From Eledone cirrhosa (taxonomy: Eukaryota), in the NCBI GenBank assembly GCA_964016885.1, contig OZ024742.1, positions 262,818,001-262,882,000 of the forward strand: 64,000 bases of DNA, given 5' to 3'. The position numbers and the translations under genes are program-made. Positions 60,606 through 64,000 of this stretch are shown in pieces. How positions within the stretch are numbered: position 1 is the first letter of the stretch; each line of letters starts with the position of its first letter. Below the pieces are notes generated by a model, which had not been told where the DNA came from, did no database searches, and worked only from the letters and a program-made list of their open reading frames with translations.

Positions 60606-60779
60606 CACAGTGTCTTGTAATTGATTATTCTAAAACTATAAACATGCATATCCTCTAGATGCTTATTCAAATAGACACATTGATAATATTCATCATCATC
60701 ATCAGTTAACATCCATCTTCCCTGCTAGCAAGGATTGACCAAGCCTTCACAGACTGAATTAGTACTCAAGCATAGCCAT

Positions 60780-62190
60780 AAACCTCAGTTGAAATAGCAA
60801 AACATTTGTACTTTAGTGCCATTGACCTAAAGGGCATATATCCTTAAGTAACATTACTTCCAAAAGATTATCAACTTACTGCATATGAAGCCACTGAAAA
60901 CTCTTTTAATTCAAAAGACTTTCATTCAGTTGTACCAGCTGTGTTGCAATTTTTCAACAAGTAATGGTTGGTTTCATTCAACAAAATGATTTTAAAAAAT
61001 TCTGTACATACATCAATGATATACTAATTCTCTTACTCAACAAAGTTAGTGATATGCTGACTGTCGGATGTAGACTGTTGATTGGCTAAAATTCAACCAA
61101 CATTTTGGACAATCAACAACCTGCGTCTTACTGTCTTCATATCACCAACTTTGTGAAATACTGTCTTATGATGACATATTGGACGTATGTTATTCTTATT
61201 TAACTATCGTCTTATGACTCTGAAATGTACATCACAATTGTAATTTCTTTAATCTGTAGGTATGCACATCAACGTGAATGAAAGTAAATTTGGTCAAAGA
61301 TAAATAGAATTCCTTAATTATGTAATAGAAAATTGGATGCAAAACCTGACCCAAAACATTATGAAAGTCTTTTGAATATGCCAGAACCAAGAATCAAAAA
61401 GAACTTAACTCATTAATTCAAATGTTTACACATTATACTAAATGTATTCCAAAATGCTTGTATTTCATTTTGCTCTTAACAAAAGCAAGAACAAATTTTA
61501 GAAATCACTGAAGATGCAAAACAGGTTATCACTACTCTAAAGATGGAACTTATCAAGTTAGCAATGGTAGCTTCTCAATTAAGCAAGTCATATATACAAT
61601 TGAAATAGATGTTTCTAGTGAAGCATTTGGAGAGGTTTAACCAAAGAAGATAAACCTGTTACCTTTCCAAGAGAGAAAAATGTCAATTATTCAAAGAGAG
61701 GTAGAAGCCACTATAAAGTGCTGTGGCAAACGGTAATACTTAATCCACGTAGCTCACTTTGCAACATAATTGACTGACATTCTGTAGCTCTAATATTTGA
61801 CAAACGTGGTCACACAAATATTAAGAACAAAGCTCTTCTATGTAAGTGTCTGGAATTAGATGATTTTTAACTACATGATTTCATAAAGGGGCTGATACTT
61901 TATGAAGATATGCTAAAATTTATAGCATATCTTTTGTGCAAACATTACATAATCAGTTGTTTCATCCTGGTATAACAATAATGCTACATAACTTTAAAAC
62001 AAGAAACTTACTATAAACTGCTGCACAGGTGCAGCAGAAGGTGGATAACTAGTCAATTTTTAAAGAATTGAAGCCAAACTTTTACCATTTACCAAAAAGA
62101 ATCCTTATTCAAACTGTCAGAACCTGGGAACATATAGTGAGTACACACCATTGGAAGTATGTTAGTGAGTATGAACTACCGAGTACAAAC
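60780..62190 (+). mobile_element. Ancient Gypsy pol relic
   Basis: Traces of RNase H (IEIDVSSEAFG..KPV, SVALIFDK..IKNK..LEL), heavily degraded. Confidence 0.5.
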
Positions 62191-62470
62191 AAGCTAAGTG
62201 AAAAACAGATTATAAGAGGAATCAGATGTAGTGTGCAAATGAGACAATTATGCTGGTATGAACATATGATACAGAGAGTGGCAGCTGTATAAAGAAGTGC
62301 ATGCTATTTAAAGTAATTGTAACCTGTAGAAGAGGAAAACCAAAGGAAACATGGAGGGAAATGGTGAAGACTGACCTCAAGAAGCTAAACTTCACAACAG
62401 ACACAATGAAGGATCATGATGATTGTTGAGGCATGGTACAGGAGATGACGCACCCTCCCATGCAAGCATG
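62190..62470 (+). mobile_element. RTE 3' fragment
   Basis: IRGIRCSVQMRQLCWYEHM...RGKPKETW. Confidence 0.7.
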
Positions 62471-62817
62471 CAGATGTTTAACTAGGTTACAGTAAGCATG
62501 GCAAGTGCCACTTGAAAGGGTGGGCACATGAACTAAGAGCACTTTCTATTAAAGTCAGATAAGCTATCGTTGGAGAGTAAAAAAAGACACTTCTTCAGGT
62601 GTATGATTTGTATTTTTTAAAATATGGGTGAGAAGCAATATGGCGGCTGCATCATTAAACCATTTCTATAAATTATTAGACCCATAGGTAAAAATACAGA
62701 GCTGGGAAATACATGACCACATAGGCATGGTTATCTGAAAGATTGGTGTCAGATGTTTGGGTAGGAACACAATTTCACTGCTTGCCATAGGCGCTATTTT
62801 CTCTAGTTATGCCTCTG
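62471..62817. mobile_element. hAT-like MITE with an 8-bp TSD
   Basis: TSD CAAGCATG at 62463-62470 and 62818-62825, with imperfect TIRs CAGA(T/G)G..TAACTAG. Confidence 0.7.
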
Positions 62818-63259
62818 CAAGCATGTCAAAACAAAACCTAATGTAGTGATAATTAGAAACTGGGAGGTTACATCTACATTTGGATGATTTGTTTAAATCC
62901 TGATCTGCCTTGCTGATCAATTTCATCCCCTCTCGTCTCCTCTACTTTCACATCTCTACCATACACACTTATTGTACCATACTGCTAACGTGACACTGGT
63001 ATTGGATCTGTCTGACAATCTCCACCCTCTGATGCTCTTCTATTCACACCACAACTCTGCCCACATTATGGGGAGTGTTTTTAGTCCTGTACATATTCAA
63101 AATCCTCTCCCACTATTCACTACATCAGTCTATTCCCACCCTGTCTATGTATGAACATCACATCCATTTATGCCTCTAAACATCTTGACACCACCACCAC
63201 CACATTTCCACTACAACGTTGGAGGCATTGTAAGAGTGTAGTAATAAATACTACACAGT

Positions 63260-63493
63260 ATAGATACATGCATACATTTGTAACGTACATACATACATAT
63301 GTACATATATACATACGTACATACATACATACGTACATACATACATAGGTACATATATACATGTATACATATATGCATACATACATGCAAACATATATGT
63401 ATACATGCAAACATATATGTATACATGCATGCATACGGACATTCATACACACACACATACATACATACACAAATATATATATGTGTGTGTGTG

Positions 63494-63556
<63 letters not shown>

Positions 63557-63625
63557 ATATATAGGTATATATATATATATATGTGTATATATATGTATAT
63601 ATATATATATATATATATGTGTATA

Positions 63626-63664
<39 letters not shown>

Positions 63665-63667
63665 ATA

Positions 63668-63735
<68 letters not shown>

Positions 63736-63857
63736 CATATATATATATGTATATATATATATACATATATATGTATATATATATATACATATATATGTAT
63801 ATATATATATATATATGTATATATATGTATATATATATATATATATGTATATATATG

Positions 63858-63888
<31 letters not shown>

Positions 63889-63890
63889 GT
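63260..63890. repeat. Compound (TACA)n/(TA)n/(TG)n microsatellite
   Basis: Directly visible. Explains all overlapping IYIY/VCMY ORFs. Confidence 0.97.
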
Positions 63891-64000
63891 AGGAGGTGAG
63901 TTTTATTGTAGTACAATAAAGCAATGCAGATATCGGATAAGAAGCACTCTACAGTTTGTGGGACTGGAGTATGCATAATATAAGATCAAAAGATGGTTAA

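Noticed and set aside
63151-63978. Long IYIY/VCMY ORFs (also at 7611-7979 and elsewhere)
   Set aside because: They are translations of (TA)n-type microsatellites.

Overview
This is AT-rich, repeat-dense animal DNA. The tRNA-derived SINE families, RTE LINEs with (GAT)n tails, long (TA)n microsatellites and a single-coding-exon C2H2 gene point to an octopod cephalopod (inference). Host genes: an intact 8-finger C2H2 zinc-finger gene (41340-42059, -) and probably a second, unidentified minus-strand gene with small phase-0 exons at 22147-22220, 2277-2405 and 235-303 and a possible promoter near 24.5-25.0 kb. Most of the rest is nested mobile DNA: two full-length, disabled LTR retrotransposons, many RTE LINEs, a Tx1/L1 fragment, two Penelope-like element (PLE) relics, hAT and Tc1/mariner relics, MITEs and SINEs. 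Highlights: (1) a 468-bp tandem repeat with a type I hammerhead ribozyme in every unit (retrozyme-like), sitting in (TA)n and split by a Gypsy insertion; (2) an LTR element whose primer-binding site matches the first 12 nt of tRNA-Phe rather than a tRNA 3' end; (3) three RTE insertions with twin-priming-type 5' inversions; (4) several fold-back palindromes, most in (TA)n, with PLE or hammerhead signatures. All alignments and counts were done by eye, and boundaries of degraded elements are approximate.
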